Virus record (IMG/VR): IMGVR_UViG_3300037851_000461
Span: 1-59,218 of that record
Length of the DNA stretch: 59,218 nt
Origin: a virus
Lineage: Duplodnaviria > Heunggongvirae > Uroviricota > Caudoviricetes
Strand: one strand, 5' to 3'
Positions 37,352 through 45,866 of this stretch are shown here, one piece after another. Under the pieces are notes generated by a model. That model did not search any database and was not told where the DNA came from. It worked only from the letters and a program-made list of their open reading frames with translations. The position numbers and the translations under genes were made by a program. The first letter of the stretch is position 1. Each line of letters starts with the position of its first letter.

Positions 37352-37926
37352 GCTGTGTATTTCTCGATTCTGATTCGGTCGTTTTCGAACGTGATTTCTG
37401 GTTCCGACTTGAAATACTTCGTATAGTCAGGAAGGAACGTGTCTGCCTGATACTCACCTTTGACTCGTGTAAGTTCAAACTCGTAGCATTCCGGGAAAAG
37501 AAGTTTGTAGATTTCGGCTCCACCAATAACCCAAGCGTCATCGGGGATTTGGCTCATGTCGGTCACGAATCCACGACCATGTTCAGGCGTGGCTTGCCAC
37601 AAGGCTCCAAAGATTGTATCCTTCGGGGCGTTGAGATATTGCCGAGAAAGAATGAATACCTTTCGGTTCTTCAACATTGGAAGGGTGTCAGCAGTCTTTC
37701 GACCACACACAAGATTTCCACCTACCGTCTTTCGCTTGAAGTGTTCAAAATCTTCCTTAATGGGTGGCCAAGGCAACTTACCATCCAAGCCGATGCCACC
37801 ATTCAAATCCGCAGCGGCGATTGCACGAAAACGACGGGTACGTTTTTTCGACCAGTTGATTGCATCGTAGTTCACCCGAAAATCTTCGGAGAAACAGTTT
37901 CTCGGCGATGATCCTTTCCCGTTCAT
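37348..37926 (-). CDS. folA: Dihydrofolate reductase with ~30-aa N-terminal extension
   Basis: IAAADLNGGIG.DGKLPW, DFEHFKRKT, GRKT, VIGGAEIY, DTFLP. Confidence 0.9.
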   Translation of the reverse strand: MNGKGSSPRNCFSEDFRVNYDAINWSKKRTRRFRAIAAADLNGGIGLDGKLPWPPIKEDFEHFKRKTVGGNLVCGRKTADTLPMLKNRKVFILSRQYLNAPKDTIFGALWQATPEHGRGFVTDMSQIPDDAWVIGGAEIYKLLFPECYEFELTRVKGEYQADTFLPDYTKYFKSEPEITFENDRIRIEKYTA

Positions 37927-38780
37927 ACAGCAACCTCCCCGGTGAGTTTGGGACCACTGACATAGTTCAACAGTTTGGTGTCTGAATATTGCCAGTCGAA
38001 GATTGATGTAAACGGATCGGTGGTGATTGTTGGGAGAGGATACGTCTCTCTCCTCAAAAGTTCCCTGATCTGATCCATGTGATTGGAGTAAATGTGAGTA
38101 TCAGCGAGGAAACCGGTCAGTGTACCTTCCTTCAATCCCGATTCCTTAGCAAGAAGGTGGAGAAGCAAGGCATATGAAGAGATATTCGCCGGGAGCCCGA
38201 GAAAAACATCGACCGATCTTTGATACCAAAACAGATTGAGTTTTCCATTGATGACCGTAACCTGCCACAGAAGGTGGCACGGAGGAAGAGCCATTTGGTC
38301 AAGAGCGAGGGGATTCCACGCAGAGCAAATCATGCGTCTGTCGCTTGGGTTCTTCTTCAATCGGTCAACAATCACCTTCAATTGATCGACGGCGTTTGCG
38401 GGGTTGTATGGGTCTTTGAAATCTCGCCATTGTGCACCATATACCGGACCCAAATCAGTTTCTTCACGCATCTTGCGCTTGGTTTCTTCATCGTTGGCAT
38501 ATGGAACCTTCGTCGGGCTGCACCATTCATCCCAATACTTGCAACCACGTTCCTGAAGCCACTTCTTGTCGGTCAATCCCTTAATGAAGAATTCCAACTC
38601 AACCCGTGTTGACTTGAAAGGAAGTTTTCGACATGTCAATAATGGAAATCCATGAGACATGTCGTGTGTGATGGTGGCACCGGGAATGGTTAGTGCATCA
38701 ATGCCAGTTCGATTGCCTTTCCATTCTCCGTTGTCGAGAATGTTTTGCAGAATACTCAAATATCCAAGTTCAGCGTTCAT
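37923..38780 (-). CDS. thyA: Thymidylate synthase
   Basis: RTG, FPLLT, LGPVYGAQWR, ALPPCH, QRSVD.FLGLP.N, DTHIY.NH. Confidence 0.96.
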   Translation of the reverse strand: MNAELGYLSILQNILDNGEWKGNRTGIDALTIPGATITHDMSHGFPLLTCRKLPFKSTRVELEFFIKGLTDKKWLQERGCKYWDEWCSPTKVPYANDEETKRKMREETDLGPVYGAQWRDFKDPYNPANAVDQLKVIVDRLKKNPSDRRMICSAWNPLALDQMALPPCHLLWQVTVINGKLNLFWYQRSVDVFLGLPANISSYALLLHLLAKESGLKEGTLTGFLADTHIYSNHMDQIRELLRRETYPLPTITTDPFTSIFDWQYSDTKLLNYVSGPKLTGEVAV

Positions 38781-39382
38781 TTATCTTTCCTCTTCTTTAT
38801 TGGCTTCTTTTCCGGTGCGGGTGCTTCTGCCGTTGGTTTTGGTGGCTTTACTCTGAGGTTAGGGTTGTTGAACAGATTTGGAAGTTTGGCAGGAACCGCC
38901 GAAGCCTTCTTCTTAGCATCGTTCTTGTGAACGAGTTTTTCCAGTTCATCAACCTTTCGGTGAAGCGTCTTGAATTCTTGCACGGTGTTGACTTGTGTCT
39001 TGCTGACATTCTTTATCAGAAGCATCAGGTCGATTGCATCCTTTCGGAGTGCATCGTTCTCGCGAATAAGAGACCCGATAGCATCTCCGGTGCGAACGTG
39101 ACCGGCACGGAAATACACAATCGATATAAGAAGTGCAAAGGTCAATGCCAGAACTTCACTTCCCATCACGAATGATGTAATGGCGGCAATCAGCAACCCC
39201 AATACACTTCCCCACCCGATGACCCGCCACCAATTGATCTGCGTTTTGATCGTTTGGCTTCTTGTCGGGTCGTTTTCTTTTACTTCATCCTCTGCGTTGG
39301 CGAAAAGCACAGCCTTTTCTTTTTCAGTCAGGTGAACTTTCGTCAAATCAATCTCTTGCTCATCGGTTTCTTGTTCGCTCAT
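38777..39382 (-). CDS. Membrane protein with coiled coil and basic tail
   Basis: Two TM segments (VIGWG...VYF), coiled coil, K/P-rich C-terminus. Confidence 0.55.
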   Translation of the reverse strand: MSEQETDEQEIDLTKVHLTEKEKAVLFANAEDEVKENDPTRSQTIKTQINWWRVIGWGSVLGLLIAAITSFVMGSEVLALTFALLISIVYFRAGHVRTGDAIGSLIRENDALRKDAIDLMLLIKNVSKTQVNTVQEFKTLHRKVDELEKLVHKNDAKKKASAVPAKLPNLFNNPNLRVKPPKPTAEAPAPEKKPIKKRKDK

Positions 39383-39431
39383 TCATGTGATGGTGCACAT
39401 GTCAATGATATCCGTCAATTTATTTCAAGAC

Positions 39432-39464
39432 AAAAAAACACCGGAGGTTTCCCTCCGGTGTTTT
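39432..39464. terminator. Bidirectional intrinsic terminator
   Basis: aaaacaccggagg-tttc-cctccggtgtttt. Confidence 0.85.
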
Positions 39465-39480
39465 GAAATAACTGATCCGA

Positions 39481-40128
39481 TTACTTGTTATTGATGATGA
39501 ACGGAGCCCAAGTCGGGTGACGAACCTCCGTCAGAGCAGCACTTACAGGAACACGCATCGGCTCAACCGGCTTGCGAATCAACTTGAGACCAACTTCGTG
39601 GTTGAGTTGGTTACCCTTCATCCGGTTGACGTCCTTCTTGCAAAGAACCATGTTCGCGAAGGTGTTCTTACCACCACGGGAGACCGGGAGAACGTGGTCG
39701 ATATCGCTATCGTTCCACGAAACCTTCTCACCCGTGTATTGGCAGATTCCACCGTCACGCTTACGGATCGCGTCCTTGGTCGGGCGAGGCGTACGAACCG
39801 GCATCTTGCTGAAGTTCGGAGCGATGATGACCGTTGGAGCACGAGTCACCAACTTGGCAGAGTGCAGCGCGATATCGTAGTCACGAATTTCGAGTTTCAC
39901 CCAATCATCCCACTTCACCGGGTTCATGTAAACCGGGTTGGAGAAATCCCACTCACCGTCCGCGTTCTTTTCAAACACGAGGTCGAGTGCCATGGCTGGC
40001 GGGGTGCCGCCCATGTTGCCACCGTTCATGTCGATCAATGCCTGCTTGATCGTGCAATACGAGATTGGCAACCAGTTGGCATTGAGTTTGAGTACGATTG
40101 GCTTATTGATGATTTCTGAAGTGTTCAT
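39481..40128 (-). CDS. HNH endonuclease (VLxLN N-terminal family)
   Basis: VLKLNANW; CQYTG...IDHVLPVSRGG..TFANMV.C...N..KGN. Confidence 0.88.
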   Translation of the reverse strand: MNTSEIINKPIVLKLNANWLPISYCTIKQALIDMNGGNMGGTPPAMALDLVFEKNADGEWDFSNPVYMNPVKWDDWVKLEIRDYDIALHSAKLVTRAPTVIIAPNFSKMPVRTPRPTKDAIRKRDGGICQYTGEKVSWNDSDIDHVLPVSRGGKNTFANMVLCKKDVNRMKGNQLNHEVGLKLIRKPVEPMRVPVSAALTEVRHPTWAPFIINNK

Positions 40129-40150
40129 GTGACCTTTCTGATATGACTTG

Positions 40151-40178
40151 ACAATACATATCTGCTATAAAAAGTCAA
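40151..40178 (-). promoter_or_regulatory. Sigma70-like promoter for the HNH gene
   Basis: TTGACT-N16-TATTGT. Confidence 0.5.
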
Positions 40179-40201
40179 GCCCCTATCTATTTTTTTACGA
40201 A

Positions 40202-41041
40202 TTAATCTGTTCCTGCGTATGGAAAATCCTTGCGCTCCAACCACTTATCGTCATACAACCAGTGGTTTTCGACGAAAGAAAATGTCTCGTCTTCGAGGAT
40301 ACCGATGATCTTTCGGGCACAATCTAGGTTCCAATTGTGGGAATTCTTCTGTCGTATGCACTTGTTACCCGGCTCTTTAGCCGATTCCACGTAGGTTTCC
40401 CCATACTTGTTGAATTTTGTGACGGTAACGACTGTGTGCCCCACGATTTGATTGATGTTTTCGGCGGGACGAAACTCCTGATTCCAGTCACACCAAGTCA
40501 ATCCACCAATAAAATAGTGATGGTTCTGCAATCCCATACGTGCGGAACTATATTGAACCACAGGCGAAGGAAAGCCGCTTACAATCTCCCTCTGGAGGGC
40601 TGCTTGGGCTTGTTCCTGCACCCAATCCACCGACATACCCTCCGTAGGGTGGGTAAACAGTTCGGGGTGTGCTCCAGCATGGCTAAAGAGGTAGTTATTT
40701 TCAAAATGGCAGAGTTTCAACTTCTCCCGAGTTTCAAACAGGGGGAGAACGCTCAGAATTGCCCGTTGCTTCTCCAAATCAAATCCGGGGCAGTAAAGAT
40801 ACCGGTTTTGGGGGAAGAAGTAGGGCATATCATGGTTGCCAAAAAGGTGAATTCGCTTCGGGTCTTCCAAAGACGCACGAAGCCACTCGGCGGTATGCTT
40901 CGCTATGCTCGGACCGTCGCCGAACGAATCGAAGTAATCGCCAAGAAACACAACTCGGTCGTGTGGAATTTCCTTTAAGCAGGCTTCCACCCAATCGACT
41001 CGGTTGTGTAAGTCGGGGATGATGACTATCTTATTACTCAT
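40202..41041 (-). CDS. Calcineurin-like metallophosphoesterase
   Basis: DLH, GDYFD, GNHD, SHAG, VGHT. Confidence 0.9.
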   Translation of the reverse strand: MSNKIVIIPDLHNRVDWVEACLKEIPHDRVVFLGDYFDSFGDGPSIAKHTAEWLRASLEDPKRIHLFGNHDMPYFFPQNRYLYCPGFDLEKQRAILSVLPLFETREKLKLCHFENNYLFSHAGAHPELFTHPTEGMSVDWVQEQAQAALQREIVSGFPSPVVQYSSARMGLQNHHYFIGGLTWCDWNQEFRPAENINQIVGHTVVTVTKFNKYGETYVESAKEPGNKCIRQKNSHNWNLDCARKIIGILEDETFSFVENHWLYDDKWLERKDFPYAGTD

Positions 41042-41047
41042 CCTCAC

Positions 41048-41075
41048 ATTATGGCACAAGTGCCACGAATGTCAA
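41048..41075 (-). promoter_or_regulatory. Sigma70-like promoter with palindromic spacer
   Basis: TTGACA-N16-CATAAT; TGGCAC-tt-GTGCCA overlaps the spacer; ATG 6 nt after the -10 box. Confidence 0.6.
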
Positions 41076-41079
41076 GCCT

Positions 41080-41943
41080 TTAGAACTTGATGTGAGCGTA
41101 GAGGTAGAAGTAGTTTGTCGAATTCAACTCAATGACCGCTTTGATGGAATCTTTCTTCGAGCGGTGTTTCACGACGAGCAAGATACCCAAATTTTCTTGG
41201 TTGATTCTCCAACTTGGTCCGATTCCATACTTGTAGCGGCTCTCCGAAGGATGAAAAAACAGCACACCTTGAGCAACGTGATCGACGTTCGGAGAATAAT
41301 ACTCGGAAAGGGTCTCATGATACCACGTTCCGGTGTATTTTGCCTCAAGCGACCATGTATCGTCCCAGAACTTATAGTAATTCAAACGAATACGCTCACG
41401 GTAGTTTCCATCTTCGATGAATGTGTGTTCTGCGATTGCCACAAACTGACCATCGTCGAATTCAACCGTTTGCATCAATGCAATCGTGTCTTCGTAAATT
41501 CTCTGATCGAACGCCGCTTCTGACTCCAGAAAGTTTCGAGAAATGATTCCTTCCAAGCCATTGCCGAAATATCCGTATAGATATCCGGTTCCCAATGTGT
41601 CGATTTCAAAATCCCAATTCTTTCCATATCGACCGTAACCGATGCCGGTTCTACTGTGACCCTGTACGACGACGTTGTGAATGAACGCTCTGTCACGATC
41701 AACTGACCATCCAAAGCGAAGGTGATTTACCCACGTTTGATCTTCGTCGATGTACAACTCTTCGAGAATGTAGTTTGAAACGTGAAATTTGTCGTAGTGA
41801 ACGGGTGTAGGCTTTGGCGTTTCAACTAATGTTGGCTGTGTGATGACAACCTCTGGAAGCACGGTGGTCTCGGAATCCTGTGATCGTGCTATGTTGGCGA
41901 ACAGCAATGATACCGAGAAAATGATTGATAGGAATTTCTTCAT
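41080..41943 (-). CDS. Secreted putative outer-membrane beta-barrel (polysaccharide-export-like)
   Basis: Signal peptide MKKFLSIIFSVSLLFANIARSQ, aromatic alternating strands, EYYSP motif, C-terminal YLYAHIKF beta-signal. Confidence 0.5.
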   Translation of the reverse strand: MKKFLSIIFSVSLLFANIARSQDSETTVLPEVVITQPTLVETPKPTPVHYDKFHVSNYILEELYIDEDQTWVNHLRFGWSVDRDRAFIHNVVVQGHSRTGIGYGRYGKNWDFEIDTLGTGYLYGYFGNGLEGIISRNFLESEAAFDQRIYEDTIALMQTVEFDDGQFVAIAEHTFIEDGNYRERIRLNYYKFWDDTWSLEAKYTGTWYHETLSEYYSPNVDHVAQGVLFFHPSESRYKYGIGPSWRINQENLGILLVVKHRSKKDSIKAVIELNSTNYFYLYAHIKF

Positions 41944-41944
41944 G

Positions 41945-43270
41945 TTATTTCGTGCCCCATACTTTTGTCTTGGAGAAGATTTCATCGACGTATCCCATCA
42001 CACTTGAGAATGACAGAATGAACTGGTAAATGAAGATGAAGTTAAGCAAACCGCCAATTGATCCCTTGATTGGAATTCCCAACTCGTCGAGTGTCTTCTT
42101 TTGAATTCGGCGCATCATGTAAATCATAAACAGGGTAAATGGTAATACCAACAAACTGAATAGACCCACGATCCAGAATTTTCCGAACAGCGCCAAAATC
42201 ACTCCGGGAAGAAGACCGAAGAGCACGGCAAGGTCCATGATCGGGAGGAAAATGTTGTTGAAGATGAATGGATAGTTTTTCTTCATTCGGATCAATGTCT
42301 TTGGGTGATTTTTGAAGGCTTCAATGAGACCACGCGCCCAACGCTTGCGTTGTCTGAAGTATTGCCCCGATGTTTCTGGAACATTCGTCCAGATGACGGC
42401 GTTTTCGGCGTGATTAACTTTGTATCCCAATTCGAGGATTCCCCAAGTCAAAACGATATCCTCCCCAACGACGTTCTTCCATCCACCAAGTTTGCGAATT
42501 ACTTCCGTCTTGTATGCGGAGAATGCTCCCTGTGCGACGAGTGTTCCTTCCAAGAAGGATTGTGTGCGTTTGCTTCCGGCGATACCGAAGAGGTAGTCGA
42601 AGTGCTGTACTTTCGTGAGCCAGTTCTTGTCTTTGTTATTGACCAATACCAATCCAGCGGTTGCGGCATATTCTTCGCCACTACCGACGATGTTTCCCAT
42701 GATATTTTGAAGTGCGCGAGGATGAAGGTCGCTATCACCGTCGAGCGTAACGAAGTACTTCGTTCCGACCAATTCAAGACCGGTATTCAATGCTGACGAC
42801 TTTCCGAAATTCTTCCCGCGTCTTACCAATGTATAATTGAACCGTCTTGGATGCAACATCATCCAATCGGTTGCCAACTCGGCTGTCTTATCCTTGGAAC
42901 CATCGTCAATCACAATGACATGAATGCATCGATTGTATTGCTGATGTTCGATTGATTCGAGAGTGTTGATGATGGAATCCTGCTCATTGTATGCCGCGAC
43001 CAAGATAGTCACCGGCTCGTCAAGCACCGGCTTGAATTTCTTTCGTCGATCAAAGAGAAGGCACAGAATGTAAAACATAACCGACCAGCCGGGGATAAGT
43101 GCAACTCCACCAATCACAAATGCGGCATACCAAGTTGATGTTTGAGCCGACAATTCACGAAACCATGGTATTGCCAAGTAGATAGAAAGTGCCTCCCACA
43201 TTAGAGCGAGCAGAAGGATGATGGAGAATTTCTTATGAAGATTCATAGGGTAAGATACATATACACGCAT
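41945..43270 (-). CDS. PgaC/IcaA-like processive GT2 polysaccharide synthase
   Basis: Two N-terminal TM helices, AAYNEQ, IDDGSKD, GKSSALN, TLDGDS, GAFSAY, GEDIVLT, QRKRWARG, three C-terminal TM helices. Confidence 0.9.
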   Translation of the reverse strand: MRVYVSYPMNLHKKFSIILLLALMWEALSIYLAIPWFRELSAQTSTWYAAFVIGGVALIPGWSVMFYILCLLFDRRKKFKPVLDEPVTILVAAYNEQDSIINTLESIEHQQYNRCIHVIVIDDGSKDKTAELATDWMMLHPRRFNYTLVRRGKNFGKSSALNTGLELVGTKYFVTLDGDSDLHPRALQNIMGNIVGSGEEYAATAGLVLVNNKDKNWLTKVQHFDYLFGIAGSKRTQSFLEGTLVAQGAFSAYKTEVIRKLGGWKNVVGEDIVLTWGILELGYKVNHAENAVIWTNVPETSGQYFRQRKRWARGLIEAFKNHPKTLIRMKKNYPFIFNNIFLPIMDLAVLFGLLPGVILALFGKFWIVGLFSLLVLPFTLFMIYMMRRIQKKTLDELGIPIKGSIGGLLNFIFIYQFILSFSSVMGYVDEIFSKTKVWGTK

Positions 43271-43344
43271 GGGGGAAATACCCCAATCATGCGTACAAAA
43301 TGAGGGATAATACCCTAGACGCAAGTTAAAATAACGATGCTACT

Positions 43345-43761
43345 TTACACTTCGTAAATCCATTTGCCAAACTGATCGGCAAATTGCTTTACAAGAATAC
43401 CCGAAGCGGCATTTGCTTCGTTTTCGACGGGACCACCGATATTCGGCACACGCGTTCCGTCTTTGAGATTTCCCTTGTCGTCAAAATATCCTAACTCTCT
43501 CTGGCGCAAGTGAACCAATTCATGTGCGATGGTTCTGATTACATCCAGTGGGTGACGATCTTGAAGGCGGGAAATGACATTGTGATTCGATGGATCATAG
43601 CCACCGGTCGAGATGCCCGGATACTCGCCCTTTTTGCAACAAATGATATCACACGGAGTAGTCAAGCCCAACTTATTATAGCACCACGCAGAAAACTCGG
43701 TGATGAGTTTCTTACCTTCAGGCGTGAGTTGCAATCCGGAGGAAATCTTTAGTTGTGGCAT
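43345..43761 (-). CDS. HExxH zincin-like protein (late)
   Basis: RTIAHELVHLRQ...ENEANA; ATATTTATAC 5 nt upstream (43767-43775). Confidence 0.65.
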   Translation of the reverse strand: MPQLKISSGLQLTPEGKKLITEFSAWCYNKLGLTTPCDIICCKKGEYPGISTGGYDPSNHNVISRLQDRHPLDVIRTIAHELVHLRQRELGYFDDKGNLKDGTRVPNIGGPVENEANAASGILVKQFADQFGKWIYEV

Positions 43762-43796
43762 ACTTGTATAAATATGTCGTCATCCGGGAAATGAAG

Positions 43797-43832
43797 AAAA
43801 AAAGGCGAGGGGGTAAACCGCCCCCTCGCCTT
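43797..43832 (-). terminator. Intrinsic terminator after the DUF2828 gene
   Basis: aaggcgaggggg/ccccctcgcctt stem + U7 on the - strand. Confidence 0.88.
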
Positions 43833-43889
43833 CACTTTGGTCGGATAGGAACCGACCTAACCGTAACCTGTTGTTTTGTCTTATCTCAC

Positions 43890-45395
43890 TTACAGCACGA
43901 TCTGCTCGTATCGTGCCGAATTGATCACTTCGAGCATGAACTCGTAAGGCGTTTGTGACGCGCCCTCAAGAACCTGCTTCATGATGGATGGCGAACATCC
44001 CGAGACGAGGGTTACCCCACGCTCGTTCTTGGTCACCGGAGATTGTGTCTGACGCGCCTGCACGTTCCAGAAGACTACCTGTGGCAGTTCATATCCGGCA
44101 GCAGCGTACTTGCGCTTCATTGCGTCGAAGTTTGTACCTCCGTCGCTGACGCAGTTGAATTCCATGTCGGAAATGATCATCAGCGTGGCTGGCATTTCGT
44201 CGGCAGGAACATCGTTCTCAACAGCAGCCTTGAGGATGTTGTTGAATGCAGCCTGTAGGTTGGTTGAACCTCCCCACTCTGCTTGCGACAGGTTGTGATA
44301 CTTGCTCCAAAGGTCGGAACCCTTGAGAGAAACAAGTTTCGAGTCGTCCGAGAACGTCATGAAGTGATTCGCGAAGAATCCCTTGTTTCGCTCCGCAAAG
44401 TAAATTGCAAGAGAGATACACACATCGATTGGCTTTGGTGACGAACTTGCCCAAGTCATAGACCCGGAAACGTCGGCGACAACCAACGCATTGCGCTGAT
44501 TCTTGCCAAGGTAGTTCGGAAGTGCCTTCCATTGCGCCTCAAGAGTCTTGAGCGCAGCATCGCCACGGCTCGTCGAACGAACTTCCCGAAGGATATCGTA
44601 AGGGAACAGGGTAGACGCGTTGACCTTGGAAGTTCCCTTTGCGAGACCTTCCTGCCACTTCGAGTAACGCACGCTGTCGTGCTTTGCGAATGCCTTCTTA
44701 TAGAGTTTTGCCGCGTAAGAAGGAACGTGGTCGTAGTTTACACCCGACCAGCCACGAGCCGACATGAGTTTTTCAACGACCTTGAGTCGCGAACGGAGAC
44801 GCGAGAGCGTCTTGCGGTAACGCTTGTCGTTCCACTCAAGCAACTGAACGAGACGGCGAGCCTGAGCACGCGTCTGTGCGCTTGAAGTGTTGATCGAAGG
44901 CATCCACTTCGCCACGAGGGTAAGAGTGGAGTCGTCGTCATTGGAAACGTCAACCTTGAACTGCTTGAGCATTACCCAAGCAGCCTCGTCGAACACCGGG
45001 GTTCCCCAAGTTGCGTCGAGAAGGTCATCCCAACGTCCGTAGAGCGGGATGTGCTTGAGAGTCTTCATTGCCACGGCTGGGTAGTTTACACACAGCCACT
45101 TGAAGGCAATACGGAAAGTGTTTCGCTCACCCTGACCACCACGGCAGTCGCGGAGATAGAAAATCGTACGGAGAGCCTGAACAGGATTCTCGTCGAATGC
45201 CTCTGAGAAGAGGGTCTGAACCTCAGCCTCGGAGCGTTGGCGGATTGCACCACCGGTTGAGAACAAATCCAACACCTTCGACTTGGTTGAAGCGAAAGTA
45301 AGAGCGCCATTCTCAGTTTGAGTCATGACGGTTGGGTTCTTGAGTGCCGAAAGCAGGGCTGACGACTTTTTGCGAGTCTTTTGAGCAGTATTCAT
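43890..45395 (-). CDS. DUF2828 TROVE/vWA-like (Ro60-related) protein
   Basis: TENGA..F.ST...LDLF, FYLRDCRGGQGER, YGRWDD, AKWMPS, VNASTLFPY, VADVSGSM (MIDAS), ISDMEF, GCSP. Confidence 0.85.
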   Translation of the reverse strand: MNTAQKTRKKSSALLSALKNPTVMTQTENGALTFASTKSKVLDLFSTGGAIRQRSEAEVQTLFSEAFDENPVQALRTIFYLRDCRGGQGERNTFRIAFKWLCVNYPAVAMKTLKHIPLYGRWDDLLDATWGTPVFDEAAWVMLKQFKVDVSNDDDSTLTLVAKWMPSINTSSAQTRAQARRLVQLLEWNDKRYRKTLSRLRSRLKVVEKLMSARGWSGVNYDHVPSYAAKLYKKAFAKHDSVRYSKWQEGLAKGTSKVNASTLFPYDILREVRSTSRGDAALKTLEAQWKALPNYLGKNQRNALVVADVSGSMTWASSSPKPIDVCISLAIYFAERNKGFFANHFMTFSDDSKLVSLKGSDLWSKYHNLSQAEWGGSTNLQAAFNNILKAAVENDVPADEMPATLMIISDMEFNCVSDGGTNFDAMKRKYAAAGYELPQVVFWNVQARQTQSPVTKNERGVTLVSGCSPSIMKQVLEGASQTPYEFMLEVINSARYEQIVL

Positions 45396-45437
45396 AGTTT
45401 GATTCCTCGGTTTAGAAGGTTTCTGTTTGTGAGACGT

Positions 45438-45468
45438 ATAACTATCCACACTTTTTCACGAAAGTCAA
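45438..45468 (-). promoter_or_regulatory. Promoter for the DUF2828 gene
   Basis: TTGACT-N18-TAGTTAT. Confidence 0.55.
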
Positions 45469-45866
45469 GCACTTTTTGGATGTGTGAATGAGAAAAATGA
45501 TCGATGGGCTTCCAAAGCGTCTTCAATTGAAGACACAGATGCTATGCAATGATATGTCAGCCAAGGAGATAGGGGTCTATCACTTCGATTGATCAATACC
45601 ACCGGTTTTCTTCGTTCCCAAGCGTATAAAATTTCCATTGATGTTCCAACGGTCGGTTTTTCGAACCAAACGATGACACCATCACACTCGTCTATGTCTT
45701 TCTTGTCGCCTTCGACTATAAGTGCGGTGTGATTGCCCTCAACTCCGCGAAAATCCCTTGCCATAGGGTCAAGAACATCGGGGTGAAGTTTTTTCACTTC
45801 GGTTCTCCAACCGTTTGCTTCTTCATCGGTGCACCCGTTGATTGGTCCTGCTAGGTAAAGTTTCAT
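45465..45866 (-). CDS. Nucleoside 2-deoxyribosyltransferase-fold protein
   Basis: LYLAGPI, DKKDIDECD, GTSMEILYA. Confidence 0.8.
   Translation of the reverse strand: MKLYLAGPINGCTDEEANGWRTEVKKLHPDVLDPMARDFRGVEGNHTALIVEGDKKDIDECDGVIVWFEKPTVGTSMEILYAWERRKPVVLINRSDRPLSPWLTYHCIASVSSIEDALEAHRSFFSFTHPKSA

Noticed and set aside
43833-43889. Y RNA next to the Ro60-like gene
   Set aside because: Only one short hairpin lies before the terminator; there is no Y-RNA stem with bulged C and no tRNA-like domain.
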